A DNA stretch of 64,000 bases from Sporopachydermia quercuum (taxonomy: Eukaryota): contig BCGN01000003.1 in NCBI GenBank assembly GCA_001599295.1, positions 1,426,001 through 1,490,000 on the forward strand, given 5' to 3'. Made by a program: the position numbers and the translations under genes. The notes beneath the pieces are model-generated. The model did no database searches, had not been told where the DNA came from, and saw only the letters and a list, made by a program, of their open reading frames with translations. Shown here piece after piece: positions 35,146 through 46,462 of this stretch. Numbering within the stretch: the first letter of the stretch is position 1; every line of letters begins with the position of its first letter.

Positions 35146-36400
35146 ATGGAAATGTGGTTATGGGATGATGGATACAAATGCCGATTGATCACGTAATCTG
35201 TATTGGGTAGTCTGATAAGACAGGAGAAGAGTGAGACGTAGAAAGGCGATATAGAGAAAAGATGAAAACGATTTATCGTTGTTAAGGGTTTGTTTGTTCA
35301 AAAGTAGGTATGTCAGTGCCTTCATTAAATTGTTATCAAATATCAAACTGTTTGTTTCTATTTTTATGCTATCTCTCATTTTTTGTCTCCATGTTGGCAG
35401 GTTTATAGTTTCCGAAATTTAAAATCTTACTTCCCCAAAGTATATGCAGTTGAAAAGTACGATTTGACATTGACTTTCACTCAAGAATCATTGTCTTTAG
35501 AAATGTCAATCTTTCATCTTATTCATCAAAAGGCTATTACATCTAAAAATGAATCTCTTAAAGCTTGTATTGTTTATATATTTTCATACATATATAATTT
35601 GATGTTGTATCATAGCTGAATGAAAGACTCCATGTTGTCAATTAGTTCTAAGATATTGACTATTATCTCCGAAACTTTTTGCCTATGTCTTTATATGTAA
35701 ACTGCTAGTTTCTTTNTCAAGAACCAATATCAATTATAACTAAAAATATTCTTTCCAGGAAGAAATTGGCTTACTACGTAATGTCCTACGGCCTTTGCTT
35801 TATTACTCGTTCTATCATTGCTGCTTCAAATTGAGGAAACTAATGACTCTTGTACGAATCATGAATATGACTTGTCCAATATAGTAGCAATACGGCATAC
35901 CTTGGCTATGCATAACATGTATCGCTTTATACAACTTCAAAAGTTTTTGAATTTGTCACAATTATATCCTATGAATCTATCGGATTCAAAACCATACCTA
36001 ATTATCCTTGCTCACCCTCTAACTTATTTCAACCTCTGTTTCCTAATAACTCACTAATGCCTTTTCCCTTCATTATATCTCTCCACTGCCCCCTTTGGAA
36101 ATTCCAATAAACTTCCAATAAACTTCTCGCTAAACCCCAAATGAAATTAGACTTGCAGATATCATACATCATTGTTGCAGCTTACCTTTTGAACCTTATA
36201 TTTCACTGGTAACAAGAACCCAACGCAAAGCTTACAATTATACAATGGACTATTCCACTTAGAAGAAGGAAATCCTACAAATAAATCAAATTAACTCTTC
36301 TTATTACTGCACTCTATGTAAATCAACTAATTGAATTTAGCTAGTAATCAGGATTACTAAGCGCCCAATTGTTCATATCAATTAGAGGTACAACTGTGAC

Positions 36401-36425
36401 ATTGCCTTGCCTTGCCTTGCCTTGC
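36401..36425 (+). repeat. (TTGCC)n microsatellite
   Basis: TTGCC four times plus a partial copy. Confidence 0.8.
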
Positions 36426-36745
36426 TTGTCCTTACTATTATTGATATTGCTTGTCTCACTGACAATTGGGCTCACCTGCCTATTAATTGATCTATCGACT
36501 AACCGTTGTCAACTTCTATAAATCAATTGGTATAAACAGAAAAGAACTTTTTGGCATTTTTTGGTAATTTATTCAATATTTGTTCTACTCGCTTGACTGT
36601 TTTATTTTTGTTTCTACTATATTATTTATGACCATATCGCCTATATTACCTCCCATCTAAGTAAAGTGTATGGATATGTAATATATACTATTGCTATCGC
36701 TACTACTACTGCTACTATCACAACAATAACAACTACTTTTTTATT

Positions 36746-39700
36746 ATGTGGATCCAAACATTACCTTCAGAAATACTGGAGATTGCTTCTTCATTTGCTT
36801 TGAAAAGTTTGGCTTATCTTGTTACTGGTTTCTTGCTGCAACTGCTTATCCTAAGGCTACTATATTGGTTCACAGGGATAAACATCTTATCATTTGGCCA
36901 CTTGTCTCTTCATAGAATTCGCTATGAACTAAAACCTGGGTTGAAAATGTCCGTCAGAAAGATCGGAGTTTCCTTTCATTTACCTAGTGTATCCAGACCC
37001 GGATGGTTTACACTATATATAGTGAGTCCTCAGTTTGAGCTGGACTCACAAATTCTTATTACTAAAGGATCGAAAGTAAAACAAGCCAAGGGAGCAAAAG
37101 AACCTGGACGAAGGAGAAAATCTAAGGGAAGAAACAAAGAAGGTGAGAATCCTGATGACTCATTATTAATATGGCTGGACCAATTCACAACATCTTCGGA
37201 TAATGATTTAAGCTATATCTCACTGAAAAGTATTCCTCATTTACCAACAATCCTATCTATTGTTAGATGGATGAGATTGCAGTATTTTGATTTGTCTTTG
37301 TACAATCTAACTGTTGCATATGCATCTTTGGGTTGTGTAGTGATAGGAGAAATGCATTATAAGCTTAATCTTGGTGATCGATTAAGTAATTTAGAGTCAA
37401 TTTCTGGCACTCTTTACTCATTTATGCAGAACCCTAAAGTAACAAGGCCAATCATCCAAACGTTTACGTGTCGTGAGATTGTTGGTTATTCATTTGAGGG
37501 CTCAATTGTTGATAAGACAACTGGTCAACCTCCTGCGTTTGATTTCTTTCATAAAATCAATTCTGAAGTCCATCAAAGAAATCCCGGTTATAATTACTCT
37601 CATTATTCTAAATTAGTTGATGTTTTCACTATCAAGGTTAATTACATGTTTGATACTGAAAAATATTACTTATTTGATGCATCTGTTGATGTTAGAGTTG
37701 GCACATTAACGTTATTGATGAATAAGATTGCCGCTGCCGTTGCTGTTATGATGAATGATTATAGATTGGGCAAAGAGTATTCTGATTATGTTGAAAACGA
37801 AGAAAATGCTCCAGAAGAGGTGACTTCCAAAGACCCGGGATTGTTTTCTAGTACATCTGAATCTCCGGATATAGTTTCCGATATTGATGCTGAAGATCTA
37901 ACATCTGCACTTAATTCTATCATATTAGCGGCCAATGCAGTGAAACTGATTCGTGAATTTGAATTCAAAGTTGATGTGATTTCAGTCTTCAAGCTTGCTT
38001 TGAACAAGAAATGCCATCAGCAGAATATCTTTTTCTCATTTGTATGTAATGATTTTCTGATTGATATTAGCAGATTGAACCCTCATAACCCAGGATTCAA
38101 GCTATTCTTCTCTCAAGATGAATGTGCTCACCAAGCATTATGCGTCATGAATTCAATTCATTTGGGTGTTCATAGAGGCAGTGAGATAGACGAATTAATG
38201 TACATCCCTGTTGTCAACTATATATCTAAAACCAATACGTTGTTTCGAACGCTAAGGCTGATAATACAGAACATCGGGGTGAGTTCTGGGGTTAATATCC
38301 GAAAAGATACATGTGGAGGTGAAAGTAGGAAAAAGAAATCAGAAATTATAACGGAACAAGACCCAGAGAATATAGAAGAGACACCGGAAGCTAAACCGAA
38401 TGAAATCCCAACTTCGGAGTCTTCAGAGACTTCAGGGTCTTCAGAACCTTTACAACAACCAACTCATAGTATTCTCAACGGCACTCTCAATGTTTCATTT
38501 CCGTCATTTGATTTCGCAGAACATCACATTCCCATATTACTGAAACTAATTGCGTGCTTCAAATCAGCAGACACATCGTCATCAGAATTGAAACCCCAGA
38601 CGACTTTGTCGGGAAACCCTTCCGAACAGCACATGACTTCAACCGGTAAATTATTAAGCAAACTCCAGAAGTTTATTCCTATTATGTGCCTTAAAGTTAT
38701 ATTATCGGCTCCTGCTCTCCGAATGTCGATAACAACAATTGAAAATGGTAAATCTCGAGATGAAATGATCATTTCTTCTTGTGAGGCTTTAGTACTACAA
38801 TTAACGGGTGAACATAATCACTCCAACTCAGTTTCCGAATCCGATTCTGATTCCGAGCGCGATTCTGATTCCGAGACCGAGAAAACTTCCGAACATAAAC
38901 ATCGTGGAATCTCATACAAAGCATTAGTTTCTTGCTCTCTCAATACTTTTGAAACATGGTATCGGCTAAAAAATGGAGCAAGAGTTGATTTAATAAGATC
39001 AGAGAGTCTGTCTGCTTCTATTGAAAGCATCCTAACTAATGGAAGGGTTCTTGCTGCTATTGATGTCGGTTTGAATTATTTCCACGTTGACTGTCAGCGG
39101 AAAGAAGTTGTTGATGGGTTCTTAAAACTAGCAGATATAATCCGATCGACCAAAGCTCCGATTTACTCTGCTCCGAAACCTCAAAATACACAAGCAAATC
39201 TCCCCTTAGTGGCATCATTGCCGTCTTGGATTACCAATATCTCGGTTAAACTACAAGACTTCTCCATTGCTTTAGCGTTACAACTAGAACTGAAAGATTG
39301 TAGCTCGGAAGATGAATCTATGGCCAAAATACCAAGAGGATTCAAATTAAGCTTAGTTAGTGTTTTGGCTAGGTATAATAATCAGTATGGGGAAAGACCG
39401 GAAGATTTTGATCGGAATTTGGAGATATTATTATCGGAATTAAAAGGATTAAAAATACAAGAGGATTCCGAGAGCGATACATTTGGTTCAAATCAGTTTT
39501 TGAGTTTGCCAGAGTTAACTTACCGAAGCCGATATAATCCGAAAGTGAATGAATCATGTTTGGATATTAAGACAATCCGGTTGTTTTATACGTTGAATTT
39601 GCATTTCCTAATAGCAATGATAATGTTAGCAGGTGGAGGACAACCAGAAACTATACCTGAAGAAGGAAACCCCGAATCGGACACTATATCGGAAGGATCT

Positions 39701-42700
39701 GTTGATGGCTCAAGTATTTTGCTGAGAACTCCGTTATCACGTGCCTTTTCAAATAGAACAACTGAAACTATTACCCCCCTTTCCCCACATACCCTACCAG
39801 CCCCGCTCCCTAACCATTCCTTCAAAACCGACATCAAAACTGTTATTGTCAAAGCAATCTTACCAAATGATCTTCATTTGATGCTTGAATTGTCATCATC
39901 TGTTTTATCTAAGTTACCATATACTCCGCCAAGTTTTCAAACTAAGCATTTAAGGTTGTATACCCTGAGTCCCACTATCAAACATACTTGGGTTAAGGTT
40001 CTTTCGGCTCAAGAGTTCAAATTAGGGAAAACTCAAATAGAACCGGGTTCAATCAAAGCTCCCACTGTCGTTGAAGACAAATGGAACGAAATCTCGCTTC
40101 CAGAATCGATGGAGCCAACGGAACCCATGGAATCGGCCGAGTCAACCAAAACGGCAGAAGTGAAGCCGGAAATCTCAGCCGACATGAAATCTTTACTTAT
40201 TGCCTTACCTCATCAGTACCCCTTCTATAGGATTTTTGATAACATAATCACAGCCGCTAAAGCTGTCAAACAAATTCATTACTCGGCTAAGCACGGCATA
40301 ACTGAAATGATAGCAGGACCGACTATTGAACAACCGAAGGTTCCTCATAGAACTAGAATTAAAGCTTCTAGATTCTTATTATGCATTCATGAAGACTCTT
40401 TTGAAGCTGAATTAGGAGTTATATTTCAAACCGGGTTGAACGAGCAGTTAGCTCGGATAAGCCGATGGGAATTGTTTAATAAGAAGTACAAAACTTTACT
40501 GCAGATATATCAAAAGCATGGTCCATCAAGGTTAGGACATCCTCATACCGATAAGGATGTATTTATTTCCAATCTAGAGTTGGAGGATTTTTCCGAAGAT
40601 CGGAGGAAAGGTCCATCTTTCCGGCTTCCTCGTTTACATAACCATAGTAAAAGAAGAAACACTGCGGACGCTTTCAAGTCATCGGAACCTAGAACCCGAT
40701 CTCCGGGATTAGATGATATTATGACAACAATAGCGGAAGCTCGGGAAAGAATGTATGAAGGATTTTCCCGAACATGGATCAAAAGAATCCAAGCGGCTAG
40801 ACGGTATGGTGAAAAACAAGCTCGGAAAGCTCGAGAAGGATTTTTAGGCAAAGATTGTATTCCGTCATATGAACTTTTAAGTTCGGAAAGAGTATTAGAA
40901 GATCCAAGAGCTTTCCCGTTATTTTCCTATATGGTTTCGGAATTAGACCTGACATTGGACAAACCGAGATTCCGGCTTGAAGATTTACCGGAATATCTTG
41001 CCGAAACAGGTAAGAACATGCCGAAAACGGCGACTTTTACCCTTTGTTTCCCAATGTATATTCAAGTCGATTCTTGTGATTTAAGAGTCTTACTCCGAGA
41101 TTACCCGCTTCCTTTACTACATTTACCAGGATTTCCACCCGATCAGCAAGCAAAGCCTGAGTTTTCCGGTAGCTCCGCTACTCGGTTCTCCTGGGATTTA
41201 GTTATTGCCGAACAGTTCAACTCAAAACCTTCAATTATCCGGAGAATCTTAGTTCCGTTAGTTCCATTGGCTATATCGGCTGCGCCGACTTCGGTGTTTT
41301 CTATTGCTGTGCCGAGAACTGTTTCTCCGGTTCAAATGTTCTCTCGGTTAGTTATAACATCATTATCATCAGCGCCAACCAGAATCTCGTTTGCTCCTTG
41401 CCTTCAGCCGGCTTTACAGTCAATGATGCTTTGTTTCGATAACTTCACTAAACCTCCTCTGGATCCGTCACCGAAAATCGGGTTCTGGGATAAGACTCGG
41501 CTCATCGTACACGGAAGAGCCCGGATAAATTGGCCGGAAGCCGAAGTCCATCTAATCTTAAAAGGATCCCGTTCTCCTTATACCCTTATGGGCAACGGTG
41601 CCGGATTCTCAATGGTTTGGCGTAAAGGTGTTATACTAGACGTTAATAGAGAAGACAATCCAAAGGAATTCCTCATTGTTCAGTCATCGGAATTCTTCTT
41701 TACTATTCCAATTCTTAATTCCCAAGTCTCTGAGCTCTGGAAACCCAACGAAAATCAAGAACCAATCAGAATGATCCACCAAAAGATCGTTATGAAGTTA
41801 AGTGACCGGGTTAAATGGCAGTTAGGTTTATTATTTGAGAGAGATGACCCAGAAGCAGGGAAAACCAAGCCAATAGGAAGCAGAACTAATCATTTTGCTC
41901 CTCATTATACTGTTGAGCTTGCTAATAAGATATATGTTGATGATCTAGATCATTATGATGCCTATAAGGATTTCCGGTCCCAGTATATTCATATGGCTAT
42001 TTCTGTTCAATCACCAAAGGATCGGAACTGGAGAGAATCAGGTTCTGAGACTGAAGCATATGCATATAATTCGGTACATTTATCGCCGAGAACATTTGCT
42101 CATTTTTTCAATTGGTGGCATAATTTCTCGGGAATTAATTCCCTTCCGGTCCGACATGGGAAAATATTCCATTCAGCTCCTGCCTCGGTTAAATTCGGTA
42201 AGCATTTATTCACTATGAAGTACCAATTATTACTAGCGCCATTATACATGTCACATTTATACCGGCATTCGGCCTCGGAAGAGTTAACTCGGGATAATCG
42301 CCTAGTTGCTACCGGATTAAAGGCTCAGTTCAGAAGTTTCACTATGGATTTACATCAAAGACGGCAACAGGTTGTCCAGAGAAATTGGGTGTTGGGAAGA
42401 AGCCGGACAATGTGGAAGATGAAGATGAACAGAGCCGAGATCGATTTTGCCGAATGCGATGTTCGGGTCGTTTCGGCCCAATTTGATGAAATGTCGGCGC
42501 ATGAGTTTTTAGCTAGGGCCGCAGATTCAGATACCTCATCTTATGAATCGTCAGCAAAGGCAAGTAACAATACTCCAATAACTGCGGGTCAAAGTTGTAG
42601 GTTTGTTTTCGGATCAGGAACGGGGTCAGTATCAAATGGTGATTCTAATTGGCTCGACTCGGATGATTATGTTGAGTTATATGAACCGCTTAAACCCGAT

Positions 42701-45700
42701 TCGGTTCCCGCGGTTCAAATTCATCCGTTGTTGTATACCCCGAGAATCACATACTTCAGGGATACCGAGGCCTCGGAAGCAAGGGAATCCACGTCCGAAG
42801 ATCGGAAAGCCAACAGAAAATATCCACCTTTCGGTTCGGAACCATCGCATGACTGTGTGATCGGCTTAGTTAATCCCGAAACCACGGAAGCAGAACTCAC
42901 TTTCTCCCGAGCCAGTGAAATCGAAGAGCAAATCAAAATCAATGAAGAGTTGCTTGATACTTTGATCCGAACTTTGGATAAATTTCCAGACGATAAAGCT
43001 ATTCAGGAGAGAATTAATTCTACTACCGATATGACGGAAAACCTTCGGAAACAGCTACAGATTGTGCATGCAATGCAAGCTGAGATTCGGGTCCGAGAGT
43101 TAAAACGAGCCGAGACCAAATTGGAAGCAGAAGCTGATAAANCGCAGGACGATTCCGGGTCTAACCTTAACTATACAAATACCAACAACACAGCTCTAAC
43201 AACAGGAGATACCGAATACGAAAGTTCTATTTCTTCTGCCGACGATTCACATGTTCCTTTAAGTTATAATCCTTCCCCGCATCTTGCCCTTCATTTGACC
43301 TCGGAAGACTGGCAACAAGAACTGCTCCGAACACCAATTGTGAATCCAAAGAGGCTCTCAATTCCTTCAATGATAAGCCGATCGTCGTTTGTGTCTATGA
43401 AAATGGCTATTGATTCATCCTCTTACCGCGGATTCTGTAATAGATTTGTTGTGCATAATATGAATCTCAGGTGGAACAATACTGTCCGGAACCTTATTTA
43501 TATTTATTCACATAAGGTTTCCGATCGCCGAGCAATGTCTTTCTTTTTATCCCGAAAAGCGGTTAAAATGGTAGAAGATATGATTAAAGAAGTGGAGCTG
43601 GAGAGAGAAAAGGAGAATGAATTGAACGACATGAAAAGTGGAGGATCTAGAGGAAGCCGAGACGGAAGCCAAAGTGGAAAGAAAAGAAGCAGCTCGAGTG
43701 ATAGAACTGGCTATAATTCCGATAGTAAGACTGAATTCTCTTGGGAATCGGACCACAAGACAAATGCCTATTCCGGTAATAGTGATTCCGAATCACGACC
43801 AGACTCCGAATCCGGCCAAACCCATGTGAAGCCCAAGCATAACAAAGCAAGATCGTCCCGAGAACGCATGAAATATTTTGAATCGGACCTCCGTTCGGTT
43901 AACGCTAACGAATCTTACCGAGAATCCTACATTTTAAAGTTCATTGCACCGCAGATCCAACTCATTTCGGAAGAGAATCCGAATTCTGCAGCTCTAATTA
44001 CATCACATGATCTTGAAGCTAAATTTATCGACGTGTCGCGCGCAGACCAACAAGATGATGATACCACGTTAGTAGAAACGCGTTATGGCGGAGTGTTCCG
44101 AGGCTTTCACGTGTTTGTATTTAATAAGAATGAAGTCAAAGCCGATAACATTCCTATGATCTCAAAGCCAATTTTTGGAGATGAGGTCGATGAATCCTGG
44201 CCCCCATGGTTATCACCGGAATTATGTTATGATAGCTCACCATTAAAGGATTATTTAGTTATTGAGAAAACTTCAGCATGCTTAAGATATGATAAGCCTA
44301 ATGTATTGTATATGGATCAGAAATCATCACCAGAAGGAGAACCAAAAGTCGGAATGGATTCCGAGGCGAACATCGGAAACAATGATGGCACAAATGACGG
44401 AACAGATAATCAAGCTAGCGATGGATCAAATATCGGAAATCATGATGACTTTAATAATTGTTCGGGGCAAGCTTTACGAGGGGATCACAATAGAAATCAT
44501 AGATTATCACTAGATTTCCCTAAACTTATTGCTTCTTGCACTTCTAAACAATATTATGCTTTATTCTCAATTGCTAATGATCTATTAATCTATTCAGAAC
44601 CTCATAGAAAGAAAGCAGAGGATGAAATGGAAAAAATCATCCTGGCAACCGATTTCCGCAATTTGTTCGGAATCCCTCAGAGAATTGAACGTCTCCAGAG
44701 AGAATTCTCAATCCTTGCTCAAATTAAACATTTCATCTTACAAGATGGTACTTTACATCCTTCCGATAAGAGAAATCTGGCAGTATTAAATGCAGAAATC
44801 GAAAGATGCCAAATAGAACTATTCACGATGTTAAAGGCTCTGAAAAAGCATTCTCAGCGTAATGTCGGTCATGATGTTGATCTATTCAATAGTTTGAAAT
44901 GGGTAGTTGGTGCAGATGAGATCATTTGGCATTTATTCCTTGACGCAGGAAATCCATTCCTTGATTTTGCAATGGCTAGATTTTCTTTTAATAGAATAGA
45001 AAAGCCAAGCGGCGCCAATTCGAATACTATAGAAATCGGAATGATTCAAGGCATCAATCTACTGAATAATATATTATACCCTGAATTATTATCACCATAC
45101 AATTATGATGAGGAAGAAGAAGGAGATGATGGTAAGTTGATTACTGTTCGATGGACCATGCTTGAACCAATTGGTGGAATTCCCATCATGGCGAAATTCG
45201 AAGCTATGTTGAAACCATTGAAGATTCAATTAGAACATGATACTGGAAAAAAGATAATGGAGTATGTTTTCCCTACTGAAGTGGAGCCAGATAATGAGTC
45301 CAGTAATGGAACTGGAGCCGGTTTTAGCGAATCCAGCGTTTGGGCTTCGGATTCAACTTTATCATTTATGGATGAAGCATCGGAAGATATGGTTAGTATG
45401 ATGTCGGATCAATCCCAGGACCAGAGCTTGGCTTCCGGGTCAATTGCCCAATCGGGATCGAGTTCCGGCTCGCGAGTTCCATCTGGAGGGACCGGGTCCA
45501 GATATAGCACAACATTAGGATCTACTCGGTCTAGATTATCGCTGTCTCCGGGCACTCGGTTATTCAAACGGAATGCTGGACAACAACCTGATGGTTCGCA
45601 TCGATCAGTTCTAGCTAAACTCAACGATGATTCGAGCTCAATGATCTCAACCGGTAACTCTTCAAGTCTATCTGTTGTCGGATCTGCTAGAACCTCATCA

Positions 45701-46462
45701 ACAATAAGTCGGAAAGATTCTCGGTTACCCAAGAACAAGAAACATAGTCGGAAGAATACGGACGATGACAGTAAAGACGATATGTCAAAAATGATGGTTC
45801 GTGCTTCACAATACTTCACTATTATTAGAATCCGGGTGGAATCCGTTATTTTATGTATTAGTTATAAGGGACCGGGACATAGAAGCATTGCTGATGTTCA
45901 AGGGCTGGAATTCAAACTTCCAGTGTTAGAATATCATAATATGACCCTTTCGAAGAAAGATCTAGCAGAAAAGATTGAAAAGGATGTTTTGAAAGCAGTT
46001 CTCTCCCATGCAGGTAGAATTATTAAGAATAAGTTCAAATCTCATACCAAAACGCGATTTTCGGAGCCATTACATCAATTCTCATCATATTCATCATTCA
46101 TGCCGTTACAAGAGTTAAGAGAGATGGGTAAAACTACAGAAACCACTGAAAATAATAGGAGAATGTCTCGTATAAGAACAATGCTCAGTGATAAAGATGA
46201 GAATATCAATAGCAACGGTAGCGGTGGAGATAAGTCAGAGAAGCCTGAAAGAACAGCATCATCAGTTGCTTCATCAATTAAAAGAAAAGTAGTGTCAACA
46301 GCAGAATCAGTCAAAAATGTTACTATTGGTAGTTCAAGTCAAGATAGTGGCGATGATAACAATAAGAAAGGTGAAAATGACCATTCAAAATCATCTGATT
46401 CTGATTCTGATTTTGATAAAACTGAGAATACCCTTGGATCAATTTCTAGTGATGATGATTGA
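36746..46462 (+). CDS. FMP27: Bridge-like lipid transfer protein Fmp27/Hob1-2 (Hobbit/BLTP2), 3238 aa
   Basis: N-terminal TM anchor; family motifs KIGFWDK, SWPPW and LRDYPLP; Apt1-like C-terminus (MMVRASQYFTI...CISYKG). Confidence 0.92.
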   Translation: MWIQTLPSEILEIASSFALKSLAYLVTGFLLQLLILRLLYWFTGINILSFGHLSLHRIRYELKPGLKMSVRKIGVSFHLPSVSRPGWFTLYIVSPQFELDSQILITKGSKVKQAKGAKEPGRRRKSKGRNKEGENPDDSLLIWLDQFTTSSDNDLSYISLKSIPHLPTILSIVRWMRLQYFDLSLYNLTVAYASLGCVVIGEMHYKLNLGDRLSNLESISGTLYSFMQNPKVTRPIIQTFTCREIVGYSFEGSIVDKTTGQPPAFDFFHKINSEVHQRNPGYNYSHYSKLVDVFTIKVNYMFDTEKYYLFDASVDVRVGTLTLLMNKIAAAVAVMMNDYRLGKEYSDYVENEENAPEEVTSKDPGLFSSTSESPDIVSDIDAEDLTSALNSIILAANAVKLIREFEFKVDVISVFKLALNKKCHQQNIFFSFVCNDFLIDISRLNPHNPGFKLFFSQDECAHQALCVMNSIHLGVHRGSEIDELMYIPVVNYISKTNTLFRTLRLIIQNIGVSSGVNIRKDTCGGESRKKKSEIITEQDPENIEETPEAKPNEIPTSESSETSGSSEPLQQPTHSILNGTLNVSFPSFDFAEHHIPILLKLIACFKSADTSSSELKPQTTLSGNPSEQHMTSTGKLLSKLQKFIPIMCLKVILSAPALRMSITTIENGKSRDEMIISSCEALVLQLTGEHNHSNSVSESDSDSERDSDSETEKTSEHKHRGISYKALVSCSLNTFETWYRLKNGARVDLIRSESLSASIESILTNGRVLAAIDVGLNYFHVDCQRKEVVDGFLKLADIIRSTKAPIYSAPKPQNTQANLPLVASLPSWITNISVKLQDFSIALALQLELKDCSSEDESMAKIPRGFKLSLVSVLARYNNQYGERPEDFDRNLEILLSELKGLKIQEDSESDTFGSNQFLSLPELTYRSRYNPKVNESCLDIKTIRLFYTLNLHFLIAMIMLAGGGQPETIPEEGNPESDTISEGSVDGSSILLRTPLSRAFSNRTTETITPLSPHTLPAPLPNHSFKTDIKTVIVKAILPNDLHLMLELSSSVLSKLPYTPPSFQTKHLRLYTLSPTIKHTWVKVLSAQEFKLGKTQIEPGSIKAPTVVEDKWNEISLPESMEPTEPMESAESTKTAEVKPEISADMKSLLIALPHQYPFYRIFDNIITAAKAVKQIHYSAKHGITEMIAGPTIEQPKVPHRTRIKASRFLLCIHEDSFEAELGVIFQTGLNEQLARISRWELFNKKYKTLLQIYQKHGPSRLGHPHTDKDVFISNLELEDFSEDRRKGPSFRLPRLHNHSKRRNTADAFKSSEPRTRSPGLDDIMTTIAEARERMYEGFSRTWIKRIQAARRYGEKQARKAREGFLGKDCIPSYELLSSERVLEDPRAFPLFSYMVSELDLTLDKPRFRLEDLPEYLAETGKNMPKTATFTLCFPMYIQVDSCDLRVLLRDYPLPLLHLPGFPPDQQAKPEFSGSSATRFSWDLVIAEQFNSKPSIIRRILVPLVPLAISAAPTSVFSIAVPRTVSPVQMFSRLVITSLSSAPTRISFAPCLQPALQSMMLCFDNFTKPPLDPSPKIGFWDKTRLIVHGRARINWPEAEVHLILKGSRSPYTLMGNGAGFSMVWRKGVILDVNREDNPKEFLIVQSSEFFFTIPILNSQVSELWKPNENQEPIRMIHQKIVMKLSDRVKWQLGLLFERDDPEAGKTKPIGSRTNHFAPHYTVELANKIYVDDLDHYDAYKDFRSQYIHMAISVQSPKDRNWRESGSETEAYAYNSVHLSPRTFAHFFNWWHNFSGINSLPVRHGKIFHSAPASVKFGKHLFTMKYQLLLAPLYMSHLYRHSASEELTRDNRLVATGLKAQFRSFTMDLHQRRQQVVQRNWVLGRSRTMWKMKMNRAEIDFAECDVRVVSAQFDEMSAHEFLARAADSDTSSYESSAKASNNTPITAGQSCRFVFGSGTGSVSNGDSNWLDSDDYVELYEPLKPDSVPAVQIHPLLYTPRITYFRDTEASEARESTSEDRKANRKYPPFGSEPSHDCVIGLVNPETTEAELTFSRASEIEEQIKINEELLDTLIRTLDKFPDDKAIQERINSTTDMTENLRKQLQIVHAMQAEIRVRELKRAETKLEAEADKXQDDSGSNLNYTNTNNTALTTGDTEYESSISSADDSHVPLSYNPSPHLALHLTSEDWQQELLRTPIVNPKRLSIPSMISRSSFVSMKMAIDSSSYRGFCNRFVVHNMNLRWNNTVRNLIYIYSHKVSDRRAMSFFLSRKAVKMVEDMIKEVELEREKENELNDMKSGGSRGSRDGSQSGKKRSSSSDRTGYNSDSKTEFSWESDHKTNAYSGNSDSESRPDSESGQTHVKPKHNKARSSRERMKYFESDLRSVNANESYRESYILKFIAPQIQLISEENPNSAALITSHDLEAKFIDVSRADQQDDDTTLVETRYGGVFRGFHVFVFNKNEVKADNIPMISKPIFGDEVDESWPPWLSPELCYDSSPLKDYLVIEKTSACLRYDKPNVLYMDQKSSPEGEPKVGMDSEANIGNNDGTNDGTDNQASDGSNIGNHDDFNNCSGQALRGDHNRNHRLSLDFPKLIASCTSKQYYALFSIANDLLIYSEPHRKKAEDEMEKIILATDFRNLFGIPQRIERLQREFSILAQIKHFILQDGTLHPSDKRNLAVLNAEIERCQIELFTMLKALKKHSQRNVGHDVDLFNSLKWVVGADEIIWHLFLDAGNPFLDFAMARFSFNRIEKPSGANSNTIEIGMIQGINLLNNILYPELLSPYNYDEEEEGDDGKLITVRWTMLEPIGGIPIMAKFEAMLKPLKIQLEHDTGKKIMEYVFPTEVEPDNESSNGTGAGFSESSVWASDSTLSFMDEASEDMVSMMSDQSQDQSLASGSIAQSGSSSGSRVPSGGTGSRYSTTLGSTRSRLSLSPGTRLFKRNAGQQPDGSHRSVLAKLNDDSSSMISTGNSSSLSVVGSARTSSTISRKDSRLPKNKKHSRKNTDDDSKDDMSKMMVRASQYFTIIRIRVESVILCISYKGPGHRSIADVQGLEFKLPVLEYHNMTLSKKDLAEKIEKDVLKAVLSHAGRIIKNKFKSHTKTRFSEPLHQFSSYSSFMPLQELREMGKTTETTENNRRMSRIRTMLSDKDENINSNGSGGDKSEKPERTASSVASSIKRKVVSTAESVKNVTIGSSSQDSGDDNNKKGENDHSKSSDSDSDFDKTENTLGSISSDDD

